64,000 nt of DNA from an uncultured virus (IMG/VR IMGVR_UViG_3300025131_000022) (lineage: Duplodnaviria; Heunggongvirae; Uroviricota; Caudoviricetes): IMG/VR virus record IMGVR_UViG_3300025131_000022; one strand, 5' to 3'. The translations under genes were made by a program, and so were the position numbers. Positions 1-9,021 of the stretch are shown here, in pieces (position 1 is the first letter of the stretch; every line of letters starts with the position of its first letter). The notes beneath the pieces were generated by a model. The model saw only the letters and a list, made by a program, of their open reading frames with translations. It did not search any database and was not told where the DNA came from.

Positions 1-718
1 TGGTGATATCGTAAGGGTATACTGCTCCAGAATTAATTGTTGTTGTACCCTCAATTAATCCTAGTTTATATGCTTGATATCTAGCACTTTTATCATGTTT
101 CATAAAAGCTTTTTGATACCTTGACGAGGCTAAGGACGGAAGTTTCGAATAATCGATACTTTCCCAATCCTTTGCACACATCTTGGTTTCAACCACATTT
201 GTAAGTTTTACTAATACCTTACGGTAAATTTTAGGTGAGACTTTAAGATATCTACGTATAATATTAGCCTTGGTACCTTTTCTAGGCATCCATTTTGCAC
301 ATAGACCATCCTTATTCTCCAATGCTGTCTTAATTAAATCTAAGGCAGAATCCCAACAATTCTGGGTTCCTACTAAAGTTAATACATCATCCCATCTACC
401 GTATTCACTTATTAAGTGAATGTTTTTATGTAAAACTTCTCTGTGATTATCACATAACCATAATAGACAATCTCTGAAGATTTGTCTCTCACCAGCTCCA
501 CCACGGACATCACGTGCCCAAAATAAAATTTTCATTGTTGTGAGAGGGTCTTCATTAAAAGCTTTCGAAACCTTGGCGAAAAGTCTGTCTTTGCTCGTAC
601 CACGCATCGCTCCTATTTGAAAAAATAAGTTGACACAATGATTAAGTGAGGATGAGTTTGTGGTCATCCCATTCTCAGTCTTTGTGTCTTGTTGTTGTAT
701 GGCGTCGATTAAATTCAT
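1..718 (-). CDS. DUF2828-family TROVE/Ro60-like protein (3' part runs off the window)
   Basis: Absent from the ORF track. My translation from ATG 718 is open to base 1: MNLIDAIQQQDTKTENGM..., with motifs FWARDVRGGAGER, YGRWDD, AKWMPRKG and AVYPYDI typical of DUF2828. Confidence 0.8.
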   Translation of the reverse strand, partial: MNLIDAIQQQDTKTENGMTTNSSSLNHCVNLFFQIGAMRGTSKDRLFAKVSKAFNEDPLTTMKILFWARDVRGGAGERQIFRDCLLWLCDNHREVLHKNIHLISEYGRWDDVLTLVGTQNCWDSALDLIKTALENKDGLCAKWMPRKGTKANIIRRYLKVSPKIYRKVLVKLTNVVETKMCAKDWESIDYSKLPSLASSRYQKAFMKHDKSARYQAYKLGLIEGTTTINSGAVYPYDIT

Positions 719-757
719 AATGGTTATATTATTTTAATAAGTTTAAATAATGTTCTT

Positions 758-788
758 TAATATTATATAAAAAATAGGTTCCTGTCAA
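758..788 (-). promoter_or_regulatory. Host-RNAP (early) promoter TTGACA-N17-TAATAT
   Basis: Read on the minus strand in the intergenic gap upstream of the DUF2828 gene. Confidence 0.65.
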
Positions 789-795
789 GCCCCTA

Positions 796-1071
796 TTAAG
801 AATTTTTTTGTTTTTCTTCCCATCTTTCTCTTCTTGATGGTTTTGCGTCCTTCATCTTTTTAGTTTTAGATGGTGTGGCTGCCTCATTAAGTTTTCTACC
901 AAATTTCACTAAATGAGTTAATTTTCTAATTTCTTTTTTAGATTCACCACCAATAGGTAGTCTGTCTAGTTTTTGTTGTGGTGTTAAACTCTTATAGTAT
1001 TCTTGTCTTTTTTCCGCATCCATACTTCTGGTTTTTCTACTTGTAGCTCCGTATTTTCTTAATTTTGCCAT
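796..1071 (-). CDS. Small basic hypothetical protein
   Basis: 91 aa K/R-rich ORF. Confidence 0.65.
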   Translation of the reverse strand: MAKLRKYGATSRKTRSMDAEKRQEYYKSLTPQQKLDRLPIGGESKKEIRKLTHLVKFGRKLNEAATPSKTKKMKDAKPSRRERWEEKQKNS

Positions 1072-1090
1072 AGTTATTGTGTTATATTAG

Positions 1091-1162
1091 AGCGGGTGGG
1101 TGGAACGAACCACCATCTACCTACTGGAATGTATGCCGCTTTTATCTTTAAGCTACACCCGC
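1091..1162 (-). tRNA. Atypical tRNA-Gly(TCC)-like RNA
   Basis: Acceptor stem GCGGGTG/CACCCGC with U discriminator; D stem GCTT/AAGC; T stem GGTGG/CCACC with TTCG loop; TTCCA in the anticodon loop. Atypical in lacking the D-loop GG, having a 6-nt T loop and imperfect anticodon stem, and ending CTA rather than CCA. Confidence 0.7.
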
Positions 1163-1181
1163 ATGTTTATTTACTTCAATG

Positions 1182-1212
1182 TAAATATAAAATAAATTTT
1201 GTGTTTAGACAA
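1182..1212 (-). promoter_or_regulatory. Early promoter TTGTCT-N17-TATATTTA driving the tRNA-like RNA
   Basis: Lies about 20 nt upstream of the tRNA-like 5' end and matches the window's early promoter consensus. Confidence 0.6.
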
Positions 1213-1218
1213 GAAAAG

Positions 1219-1407
1219 TTAGTAACTTTTTTGGTATCTTCTAAAGATTCCTTCAATGACTTCTGTTTCTAGACCCCCTTCGCTTACCGGAGCGTCTAGT
1301 AACACTTTAGAAAACTCTTTAAAGATTGACCATTTGTCTTCTTTTAAAGCATCTTCCAGCATTCTAATTTTTCTTTTTCTATCTAAACTTAATAGAAAAC
1401 TTTCCAT
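1219..1407 (-). CDS. Hypothetical protein
   Basis: 62 aa ORF in the minus-strand gene run. Confidence 0.55.
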   Translation of the reverse strand: MESFLLSLDRKRKIRMLEDALKEDKWSIFKEFSKVLLDAPVSEGGLETEVIEGIFRRYQKSY

Positions 1408-1437
1408 AAGTAATTTTTAATTTTTAATTTTAACGAT

Positions 1438-2856
1438 TTAAATGATGGCGTCTTGTGCGCCTTCTCTAGTTTTGTAGTCTCCTTGGTCATCAACGTAGTT
1501 AACTACTATTTTCTCACCATTACTACATTCACCCACTCCGAATGATTTGTCGGATTGAGTTTTAATTAATACTAAATCACCACATGCTGTTTTTAACATA
1601 ATTTCATGTGGGATTACCATATTGCTGTTATTTTTAATATTCAATACCTCCAAGTTAGGTAATTGTGCAATTACTGCAGGTATATGTTTTAGATTAGGAT
1701 TATTTGGTATTGAAATAAATTGTAACTTTTCTAATTGCCCTATATCATCTGGTAATTCGGATAGCATCCCTTCAATATGTAACATTTCAAGATTTTTAAA
1801 TCTTGATATGTCATCAGGTAATCTAAATCCTGGTGTTTTATCTGGTTTATCACCATAACTTCTATTAGAAATTTCAATATCTAATCTTTCTAAAGTGTCC
1901 GGGAGTGCTTCAAAGAACTCATCGAAACCATAAATAGCAATATACTTAGACATGGTATCATTAGGGTATCTTAACTGTACTTGTTTTCCAAAATCTTTCT
2001 TCATATACCCCGCAAACTTATCTTTAAAGAAAGGTTTAAGTTCTGGGTAATTTGCAAAGAATGGACCTAAATCAATACTTCTATCTTCTGCATTATAAAA
2101 GGAATTACTTTCAAAGTGGAATTGGTGACTTCTACTTTCTGACGGTGACTTATTTTCATCCTCTTTGTACATCATCATATATAAAGGTCCTTGTTTTGAG
2201 TAATGGTCATAGTAGTTAGAACTTTTAGATGCTGTGCACCATCTTGTTTCTCCTCCTCCATAATGACAAGAAGCTTCTTTAGATTTAGGTACTAAAATTC
2301 TCCATTTATCATCTTCATAAACTTTTTCAACATCGTCTCTTAATCTTTCTGCTTTAGTTTTTGTTATCTCATCTTTATTAACACTATAATCTTTTACATT
2401 GTCATATAAGTCTTTAATAGATTTTATCTGTCCAATATCTTTTTGCCCTTTATATTTTTTTGTCTTCTTAAGATGATTAAATTTCTCTAAATCCTCAGTA
2501 ACTTTGTATAAATCTTCCCAAAATAAGTTTTGGTGTCTTTCTAATGCAACTCCCCAATCTGGACTTCCATATGCATATTCTTTATCTGCTTCCTGTTGTA
2601 AGCTTAAGTATTGTTTAATTAACCAATTAGTATAAGCTCCTACTTTTTTAATCTCTGCATCAGGGTCTATATTACCTAATCCTTCGTCTTCTTGTGTGGT
2701 TGTTGGGTCAGCGTTCATAATAAGGCGTAATACGTCTTTAGTCATTGTAGCTTTCTTCCCTTTCTTTTTAGGTGTGGTGTATTTGTTCATGAGAACATCG
2801 TATCGACTATCCTCAATAATTAAATTAGTTAAAATTTCCTTAAACTTAAAGGCCAT
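1438..2856 (-). CDS. Phage protein with a WCTA domain and C-terminal leucine-rich repeats
   Basis: EASCHYGGGETRWCTA...Y..QGPLY motif; LRR units LPDDISRFKNLEMLHI, LPDDIGQLEKLQFISI, IPAVIAQLPNLEVLNI. Confidence 0.8.
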   Translation of the reverse strand: MAFKFKEILTNLIIEDSRYDVLMNKYTTPKKKGKKATMTKDVLRLIMNADPTTTQEDEGLGNIDPDAEIKKVGAYTNWLIKQYLSLQQEADKEYAYGSPDWGVALERHQNLFWEDLYKVTEDLEKFNHLKKTKKYKGQKDIGQIKSIKDLYDNVKDYSVNKDEITKTKAERLRDDVEKVYEDDKWRILVPKSKEASCHYGGGETRWCTASKSSNYYDHYSKQGPLYMMMYKEDENKSPSESRSHQFHFESNSFYNAEDRSIDLGPFFANYPELKPFFKDKFAGYMKKDFGKQVQLRYPNDTMSKYIAIYGFDEFFEALPDTLERLDIEISNRSYGDKPDKTPGFRLPDDISRFKNLEMLHIEGMLSELPDDIGQLEKLQFISIPNNPNLKHIPAVIAQLPNLEVLNIKNNSNMVIPHEIMLKTACGDLVLIKTQSDKSFGVGECSNGEKIVVNYVDDQGDYKTREGAQDAII

Positions 2857-2873
2857 GTTTGAGTGTGTTTTTA

Positions 2874-2881
2874 TATAAATA
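2874..2881 (-). promoter_or_regulatory. TATTTATA putative late promoter (representative copy)
   Basis: The TATTTAT core recurs 3-18 nt upstream of start codons at 5787, 10221(+), 12003, 12586, 14398, 23201, 24159, 27494, 29341, 31693(+), 46185 and 57878. Confidence 0.6.
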
Positions 2882-2900
2882 TCTGTTAATTAGAAAGAAT

Positions 2901-3602
2901 TTATAGAGATTTAACATGTGAAATGATATCCATTAAGGCATTTACATCTTTTTCACAATATTCTTTTATTTCTGAAATGTTATTATCCGTATAATAACTT
3001 TTATGAATGTTAGAACCATCTACTTTACCGTCCTTCGGTGTGTCTAATCCTAAAACACCACATACTAGATGTAAGGCAGATAATCCTTTATATGACCCAA
3101 AATTCCATAACTCTTTTGTGTCTAATGCTTTTATTTCCCACGGTTTAGTATCATATGAAGGCATAAGTGGTGACGGTTTTATTTTATTAATCAACATTCT
3201 TTTTCCGAGATAAGGTAGGTCAAAATTTTTAATATTATGCCCACATAATGAAAAATCTAACTTGTATACTCTATTTAATAAATTAACTGTTTCCTCTAGA
3301 ATCTCTTTTTCAGACCCTTTAGTAAAAGATTGTATCTTTCTTTTACCTCCATTAATAAACCCTACACTCACACATACAATTTTTCCAAATTCAGGTAATA
3401 AACCAGCATATTTTTTAAATAACTCACCCTTAGACATTCTTTCATCTTCGGGATAATGTCTTTTAAAATAGGAATCTCCCATCTTATTCCATAAATTATA
3501 TAAAATAATATTTTTTTCCTCCAATTCTTCTATTGTTGCGTAAGAACCACAAGTCTCAATATCTAAGAATAATAATTTATTCTCCTGAATATCTTTCATC
3601 AT
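2901..3602 (-). CDS. 3'-5' exonuclease (DEDD, PolB-related predicted exonuclease family)
   Basis: LFLDIET, GHNIKNFDLPY and EYCEKDV motifs. Confidence 0.85.
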   Translation of the reverse strand: MMKDIQENKLLFLDIETCGSYATIEELEEKNIILYNLWNKMGDSYFKRHYPEDERMSKGELFKKYAGLLPEFGKIVCVSVGFINGGKRKIQSFTKGSEKEILEETVNLLNRVYKLDFSLCGHNIKNFDLPYLGKRMLINKIKPSPLMPSYDTKPWEIKALDTKELWNFGSYKGLSALHLVCGVLGLDTPKDGKVDGSNIHKSYYTDNNISEIKEYCEKDVNALMDIISHVKSL

Positions 3603-3756
3603 TTTTTTCGTCTTTTAGTTTTTGGTATGTATCGGTATCTACTATTACTTGAATTACTTTTTCTGCGAATCCTGGTTCTTTTTCAAAATACTCGACTGAC
3701 TCACCCTTTAATAAGGTGTCTAATTCATCTTCATATATCCATATTATTACTTTCAT
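3577..3756 (-). CDS. Small hypothetical protein (59 aa)
   Basis: Below the track cutoff; my translation is MKVIIWIYEDELDTLLKGESVEYFEKEPGFAEKVIQVIVDTDTYQKLKDEKNDERYSGE; it fills the gap between neighbours. Confidence 0.6.
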   Translation of the reverse strand: MKVIIWIYEDELDTLLKGESVEYFEKEPGFAEKVIQVIVDTDTYQKLKDEKNDERYSGE

Positions 3757-3759
3757 TTA

Positions 3760-3924
3760 TTATCTTTTTTTCTTCATTAATTTTTCGGCTCTATCTAGTA
3801 GTTTTTGATTTCTTTTGGTTGGTCCGTCTAATGAAGTAGTTATATACTCTACTACAGTCCACCCAATGCAAACCATTATTATTCCTACGAACGCCAATCC
3901 TATTATTTGTACTATGTCTATCAT
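3760..3924 (-). CDS. Small single-TM membrane protein
   Basis: Internal ATG of the track ORF (MIDIVQIIGLAFVGIIMVCIGW...), directly after a TATCTTTG box at 3930-3937. Confidence 0.55.
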   Translation of the reverse strand: MIDIVQIIGLAFVGIIMVCIGWTVVEYITTSLDGPTKRNQKLLDRAEKLMKKKR

Positions 3925-3967
3925 AGGTACAAAGATAATAAAATTATTTGTAATAATAAAATCTAGA

Positions 3968-4189
3968 CTAGGATTTTTTCTTAGGTTTTTTTCTGCCGAA
4001 TTTAATTCGTGACCAACCTCTTTCATGAAGATAATATAAAACGAATTTAGTTATCAATTCTAATGCTCCAATCTTTAATCCTATTAATGGACTACCAGTA
4101 ATTAACCATCCTAATGCCATAGTGTCTAAGGTGCCCACTATTCTCCAGCTCATTGCCTTAATTATACTTCGGGTTTTACTTATGTACAT
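3968..4189 (-). CDS. DUF2061 membrane protein
   Basis: RSIIKAMSWRIVGTLDT...YYLHERGWSRIKFG signature. Confidence 0.8.
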   Translation of the reverse strand: MYISKTRSIIKAMSWRIVGTLDTMALGWLITGSPLIGLKIGALELITKFVLYYLHERGWSRIKFGRKKPKKKS

Positions 4190-5783
4190 TTTCTTGAATT
4201 ATATTACTAATAATAATATTAATAATTTTGCTTGTGTAGTTTTCGTTAACTTCTTTTTCTTCTTTCGGGAATGGTATTCTAGGGTTTGTGACGTAGTTTA
4301 TAAATGTTTCAAGTTCCATCTCTTTAGTCTGTGGTGTGTCGTGACCACTTTCATCCCTAAATTTAACTGTATCTTTCTCTGGGTCATAGTTGCCAACGTA
4401 ATAAACTGCTAACTCACTCCCTTTTTCTTCTGGAACACCTAATTTATAAGGATTTCCTATCCCTGATATCCATCCCCTATGTTCTTTAAAACCTAACTCT
4501 TCTATCTTTTTCATGTAGGACTCTCTCTTCTGTTGTAGTTCTTTAATTTTTTCCCATCCTACTTCATTTATCTCTTCAACCAATCGTGCAAAGTCCCCAT
4601 TAAGTTCTTCCATACCTTCATTATCTACCTCCCAACTATCCCACCAGCTATCATATAAACTAGGTAAACCATTTAACTCAATCTCTTCTAGACCTTCCCA
4701 AGTATTAATATCATTTTTACCTACAATTTGTAATAGTTGTGGCCATGAAAGAAACATTTCCGTAACTTTTCCATGGTCATCAAAATCAAATGTTAACTCG
4801 TCTTCTATTTCTTTTTTCATGGCTGCTTTTCTTCCTCTAGTAAGTGCACAGCCTAAACTATATAACCAGTCCCCACTAAATCGGTCTGCTTGTATCGGGA
4901 AATACTCTTCTAGAAAATCCATTACTAAACCTTCTTCGTGCTCTAACTCTGCTTCTGTAAATCTTGGTAGGTCAACCATTTGTCTTAATTCTTGGAGTTT
5001 TGCACGACTTTCCGCGTTTAAATAACTACTAATATAGTTCATTTCTTCAGTGTCTAACTCTTCACAATCATCATAATAGTCATGCATGGCTGCACTATAT
5101 ACCCAATCATCATCTTCGTGTAAATCTAAAAACTTTTCTTTATAATATTCATTTTCAGCAAATATCATAACCCCCTGGTTATCCGGAAGAATAGCGAGTG
5201 CTCCATTGGCCATACTCTGTGCGTACCACTCTGCGTCTATCACGTCAACATCATCTCTACCTTCGAATGCTTCCCAAGTATCAAAAGGTATATGCTTCCC
5301 TTGTATCTGGTCGTAAATTGTTTTTGCAAAGTCATTCTTTTGTGAGAACCCTACCATCTCTTTTTCCGAAAAAGGCATCTCATACTTTAATCTCTCTTTA
5401 AGTGTGTATTGTAACTTTAACTTATCTATGAGTCCTGGTTTATTACTAAAGTATTTTTTTACATTAGTGATTTGGGGCCATATACTGGTTTGGGTGATAG
5501 GATTAAACATATGGTAGTTCCCACTTAATATTAATGGGATTTTACTTGAGTTGTCCATTAGTATAACTGATGTGTTATTGATGTCTTTTTTTCCTGTGAG
5601 TATGTAGGTGACGTAAGATTGTTTAAAGGCGTCTACTACTCTTTTTTTAATTTCTTTGTCCTTACACCATTGTGGTACCATAGAACAAATGGACGCAATA
5701 TTATAAGGTAAGTACAACTCATAGTTATCATCCTCATATACAACTCTCTTATTTATTTGTTCATTTAAGATATTAATAGACAT
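4176..5783 (-). CDS. Acidic hypothetical protein with a degenerate WCTA-like N-terminal domain
   Basis: 535 aa; VVYEDDNYELYLP...ASICSMVPQWC resembles the domain in 1438..2856; preceded by TATTTATA. Confidence 0.7.
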   Translation of the reverse strand: MSINILNEQINKRVVYEDDNYELYLPYNIASICSMVPQWCKDKEIKKRVVDAFKQSYVTYILTGKKDINNTSVILMDNSSKIPLILSGNYHMFNPITQTSIWPQITNVKKYFSNKPGLIDKLKLQYTLKERLKYEMPFSEKEMVGFSQKNDFAKTIYDQIQGKHIPFDTWEAFEGRDDVDVIDAEWYAQSMANGALAILPDNQGVMIFAENEYYKEKFLDLHEDDDWVYSAAMHDYYDDCEELDTEEMNYISSYLNAESRAKLQELRQMVDLPRFTEAELEHEEGLVMDFLEEYFPIQADRFSGDWLYSLGCALTRGRKAAMKKEIEDELTFDFDDHGKVTEMFLSWPQLLQIVGKNDINTWEGLEEIELNGLPSLYDSWWDSWEVDNEGMEELNGDFARLVEEINEVGWEKIKELQQKRESYMKKIEELGFKEHRGWISGIGNPYKLGVPEEKGSELAVYYVGNYDPEKDTVKFRDESGHDTPQTKEMELETFINYVTNPRIPFPKEEKEVNENYTSKIINIIISNIIQENVHK

Positions 5784-5801
5784 ATCTATAAATATGAGTG
5801 A

Positions 5802-6047
5802 TTAAAGGTTATATTTGGTGTAATCTAATAATCGGTTATATTTAATTTTTTGGAGGGTGGAACATTTTTCATACTCTTCGGTTTTTTCAAAATGTTCAAT
5901 AAGTTTATCTATTGTTTTGTGGGGTAAATCTTTATTTACAAATTCTAAGTGGTCAAATTCTTGGTCTTCTTCCAGTGATGCAAGAATAAGTTCGTACGCT
6001 ACTCTACAAGCTAAATCTTTTTCTAATGGGTCAAAATTAACTTTCAT
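5802..6047 (-). CDS. Small protein with a UvrB/UvrC-like motif
   Basis: HFEKTEEYEKCSTLQKI; start placed at MKVNFDP. Confidence 0.55.
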   Translation of the reverse strand: MKVNFDPLEKDLACRVAYELILASLEEDQEFDHLEFVNKDLPHKTIDKLIEHFEKTEEYEKCSTLQKIKYNRLLDYTKYNL

Positions 6048-6312
6048 TATTTTTCCATTCTTTCCAGAAATCAAAATCTTGTAATTTAATTAATAAATCT
6101 TTGTCTATTAATGTTTTACCCCATCTTTGTGCTTGTTTCTCTAAATAGTTAATATCCTTCTTATCAATCTCATCTAATCTATTATTAATAACTTCTTTAT
6201 GGTCCTTTATTCCCCATGCGTCTTCATCTGATTGTGTATAATAAGGGTTATCATTACCATACTTATTTGTGAATTCTACTTTAGTGTCTTTATTTGATTC
6301 TTCTGGTTTCAT
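6037..6312 (-). CDS. Hypothetical protein
   Basis: 91 aa ORF overlapping its neighbours; ends LQDFDFWKEWKN. Confidence 0.6.
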   Translation of the reverse strand: MKPEESNKDTKVEFTNKYGNDNPYYTQSDEDAWGIKDHKEVINNRLDEIDKKDINYLEKQAQRWGKTLIDKDLLIKLQDFDFWKEWKNNES

Positions 6313-6314
6313 AA

Positions 6315-6512
6315 TTATTTACTTCTATTACAAGTTCCTCTGATTTCATAATGATGCCCACTATCAGAGTTTTCATTTAACATTGTTGCAATTCGTATTG
6401 CTTCTTCTTTCTTTTTAATATCCCATATTTGAGATAATCCGTCTGTTAGTAAGACGTGTGTTTTGGTACCCGACTTAGGGTCCATCATTACTTTTATTAT
6501 ATTATATGCCAT
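6315..6512 (-). CDS. Hypothetical protein
   Basis: 65 aa ORF, tightly packed. Confidence 0.6.
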   Translation of the reverse strand: MAYNIIKVMMDPKSGTKTHVLLTDGLSQIWDIKKKEEAIRIATMLNENSDSGHHYEIRGTCNRSK

Positions 6513-6687
6513 TTTTATATTTTTTATTTAATAGTTCTACGTAAAAATCTGCCACTCCTGGACCTAGATTATCGTCCCATTTCTTTTTAAAATTATTAAT
6601 TAAATTTCTTAATGCAGGTAAATGAATAAGTTTATTATCCTTATTTCTTAATGCTCTCATTACAAAATCGAAATCTTTTTTAATCAT
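6502..6687 (-). CDS. Hypothetical protein
   Basis: 61 aa ORF, tightly packed. Confidence 0.55.
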   Translation of the reverse strand: MIKKDFDFVMRALRNKDNKLIHLPALRNLINNFKKKWDDNLGPGVADFYVELLNKKYKNGI

Positions 6688-7300
6688 ATTTTAAAGTTTT
6701 ACTAATAATTGGGAATTCTTCTACAAATATATGTTTTATTTCCTTTGCAATCAACTGAATTTCTTTCTGTGCATGTTCGTCGTCTCTTAATTCTAAAAAG
6801 TGTATCCAACTTCTTATTGACCCAGTCATATGTATCTTAGTCTTGGTACATAGTGGTAAAATCATTCTTGCTGTTTCTCGTGCAACACCATCTTGTAATA
6901 ATCCTTCGTACAAACGTTTTATCTCTAATAGTATTTTTTTAATCTCCGCGTTAGAAGTGTTGTGAACTTCAGTAGAACTTTGTCTATTATCTTCACATTG
7001 TTTTCTAAATTCTATTTCTTCGAACATATCCCCTAATAAATTTACGTTTTGATATCGTTGACTGAATTCTTGAAATGTAAAAGACCGATGTCTTATTAAT
7101 TGTATGCCTATAGCTTTGCTAGTTTCAATTTCTACACTTAGATGAGAGTGTTCGAATGGGCTCCAATGTTTATGTTTAATGAGATAATTTAATAATCCCT
7201 CTGGTTTAGATATTTTATCTTCTCTTTTGGAACTCACCCGTGCTATATAAACTATATTTTCTTCAGCTTTTGGTGTAACACTAACTAATGAGACGTTCAT
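6680..7300 (-). CDS. thyX: FAD-dependent thymidylate synthase
   Basis: HWSPFEH, RHRSFTFQEFSQRY (ThyX motif), ARETARMILP and HAQKEI. Confidence 0.95.
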   Translation of the reverse strand: MNVSLVSVTPKAEENIVYIARVSSKREDKISKPEGLLNYLIKHKHWSPFEHSHLSVEIETSKAIGIQLIRHRSFTFQEFSQRYQNVNLLGDMFEEIEFRKQCEDNRQSSTEVHNTSNAEIKKILLEIKRLYEGLLQDGVARETARMILPLCTKTKIHMTGSIRSWIHFLELRDDEHAQKEIQLIAKEIKHIFVEEFPIISKTLKYD

Positions 7301-8493
7301 TTTTTATTTTTATATACTTTTTTACCGTTAATTAAATAAATTCCTGATGGATTATTTTCTACATTCTTCAATTTCCTTCCATACATATCATATATTGTGC
7401 CTTTCATCATATCTTCATACTCTCCTTCATTTATACCTACTGTACTACTTCTTATATCAAATACTATTGTACCTGGAGATATCCCACATGAAAATGAAGT
7501 TATGATTGTATTATTTGAATCGTACACATGTACCATTCCATATGAAAACCAATCAGTTGAAGTAGTGTATAGATAATTATTTACATTGTCTGTTACCAGC
7601 TCATAAAAATTTTGTGAAAACCCCATTGATATCCCAGCACTTGGCATTATCATCGGGTCCCATTCATATAACTCTATATCTCCGGATATTTGATAATTTA
7701 TTTTACCGTCTCTTAAACAAGAAGTCCCACATCCTGTATTCATTGTTGACATATTTGTGGTCACACTGGTACCATTAGATATATCTATCTTTGATATGGA
7801 TGCTCCTGTAAAATCTTTATTATTTACTGTATAGATGTTCGCTCCATCAAATACCATATTATCTGGATTTTTTCCATCAGGACCTAAATCAATTTCATTA
7901 AAGTAAGTCATGGTACTCATATCGACAATTCCAATTAATCCTTTCTCATTACCCCATTCAAATCCATTGTTTATAGCCACATATAAAGTATTTCCATCAA
8001 CAATCATATTTTGTGTGGCCCATTTTGGCCCCACCGTGGTATCTATCTCCATATAAAAACTTAAATCTGATGTATTAAGCACTTGAAGATATGAGTTAAA
8101 TAAAATAGGCATGAATGTTACATTATCATAATCGCCTCTGGTGACTATTATTTTATCATTCCATACTACTATATTTCTTATACCTGTTACATGTTGTGAA
8201 GATGCTAGAGAATAATCATTTTTATTATATTTGTAGAGGTAATTGTCTGCCGCTATATATATGTATTCTCCTTCTATAATCATATCAGATGCAAATCTGG
8301 CTCCTGAAATGGTGTCTACTGTTGTGTAGATTTGGGTAACTGGGTCGTAACTACCAATTGTTGGAGGTGCTACCGATTGATTTATGGTGTAATCAAAATA
8401 TCCCTCGTTTAATACTAATACTTGGTGCACATAATTCTGTGCAAATGAAACTTGAGTTAATAAAATACTCAATAACATAAATAATTTTTTCAT
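7297..8493 (-). CDS. Secreted YncE/BtuG-like beta-propeller (DUF5074-like) with a T9SS-type C-terminal domain
   Basis: Sec signal ending VSFA-Q; VLNEGYF...IGSYDP resembles the first blade of BtuG; repeated blades; C-terminal VGINE...IYDMYGRK...SGIYLINGKKVY. Confidence 0.7.
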   Translation of the reverse strand: MKKLFMLLSILLTQVSFAQNYVHQVLVLNEGYFDYTINQSVAPPTIGSYDPVTQIYTTVDTISGARFASDMIIEGEYIYIAADNYLYKYNKNDYSLASSQHVTGIRNIVVWNDKIIVTRGDYDNVTFMPILFNSYLQVLNTSDLSFYMEIDTTVGPKWATQNMIVDGNTLYVAINNGFEWGNEKGLIGIVDMSTMTYFNEIDLGPDGKNPDNMVFDGANIYTVNNKDFTGASISKIDISNGTSVTTNMSTMNTGCGTSCLRDGKINYQISGDIELYEWDPMIMPSAGISMGFSQNFYELVTDNVNNYLYTTSTDWFSYGMVHVYDSNNTIITSFSCGISPGTIVFDIRSSTVGINEGEYEDMMKGTIYDMYGRKLKNVENNPSGIYLINGKKVYKNKK

Positions 8494-8512
8494 AATAATT
8501 GTTTTTTTATTG

Positions 8513-9004
8513 TTAGACTCTTTGATATTTTGGAGTCTTGGTTAATAAATAAAATACTGAAAATAATGCATAAGTATATGTCAGTGTGCTTAATAGTGTC
8601 ATTCCAAAAAATGGTATAGCCATTGTGTAGCATTCAATTAGACCAAAAATACTTTTTTGATACATACCACTGACCAACCATACTTGAAAATTAGAAATTA
8701 AAAAGAATAATAGTGAGGACACTATCGCCGCTGAAAATATCCCTTTAAAATATCTACCTATTACGGTTGCTAAAATCATTATTGAGTATATTAAAGTCAT
8801 TCCGTAATGAAATCCTATAACCATATCTGAAATTAACATTGCTACAACTGGTATAATAAAAGAATATCGGCTATCTTTAAATTTTGTTCCTGCAAACAGT
8901 GCTATTGCTAGTATTGGAGTAAAGTTTGGTGGGTGGGGAATCAACCTCATAAAAGCACCAATCAGTACCAATATTATTGCGATATCTCTAAAACTTGCTT
9001 TCAT
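8513..9004 (-). CDS. DUF6580 putative transport protein (ECF S-component-like)
   Basis: RLIPHPPNFTPILAIALFAG, SSLLFFLISNF and CYTMAIPFF; about 5-6 TM helices. Confidence 0.8.
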   Translation of the reverse strand: MKASFRDIAIILVLIGAFMRLIPHPPNFTPILAIALFAGTKFKDSRYSFIIPVVAMLISDMVIGFHYGMTLIYSIMILATVIGRYFKGIFSAAIVSSLLFFLISNFQVWLVSGMYQKSIFGLIECYTMAIPFFGMTLLSTLTYTYALFSVFYLLTKTPKYQRV

Positions 9005-9021
9005 ATTATTCTCTTTTATTT

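Noticed and set aside
1091..1162. Reading the RNA as tRNA-Trp(CCA) or a suppressor
   Set aside because: Centring CCA in the loop gives no anticodon stem, and the acceptor stem and discriminator match Gly
3577..3756. Apparent gap that might indicate stop-codon reassignment
   Set aside because: Careful translation gives an intact 59 aa ORF, and the long genes are uninterrupted in code 11 with TAA, TAG and TGA all used as stops
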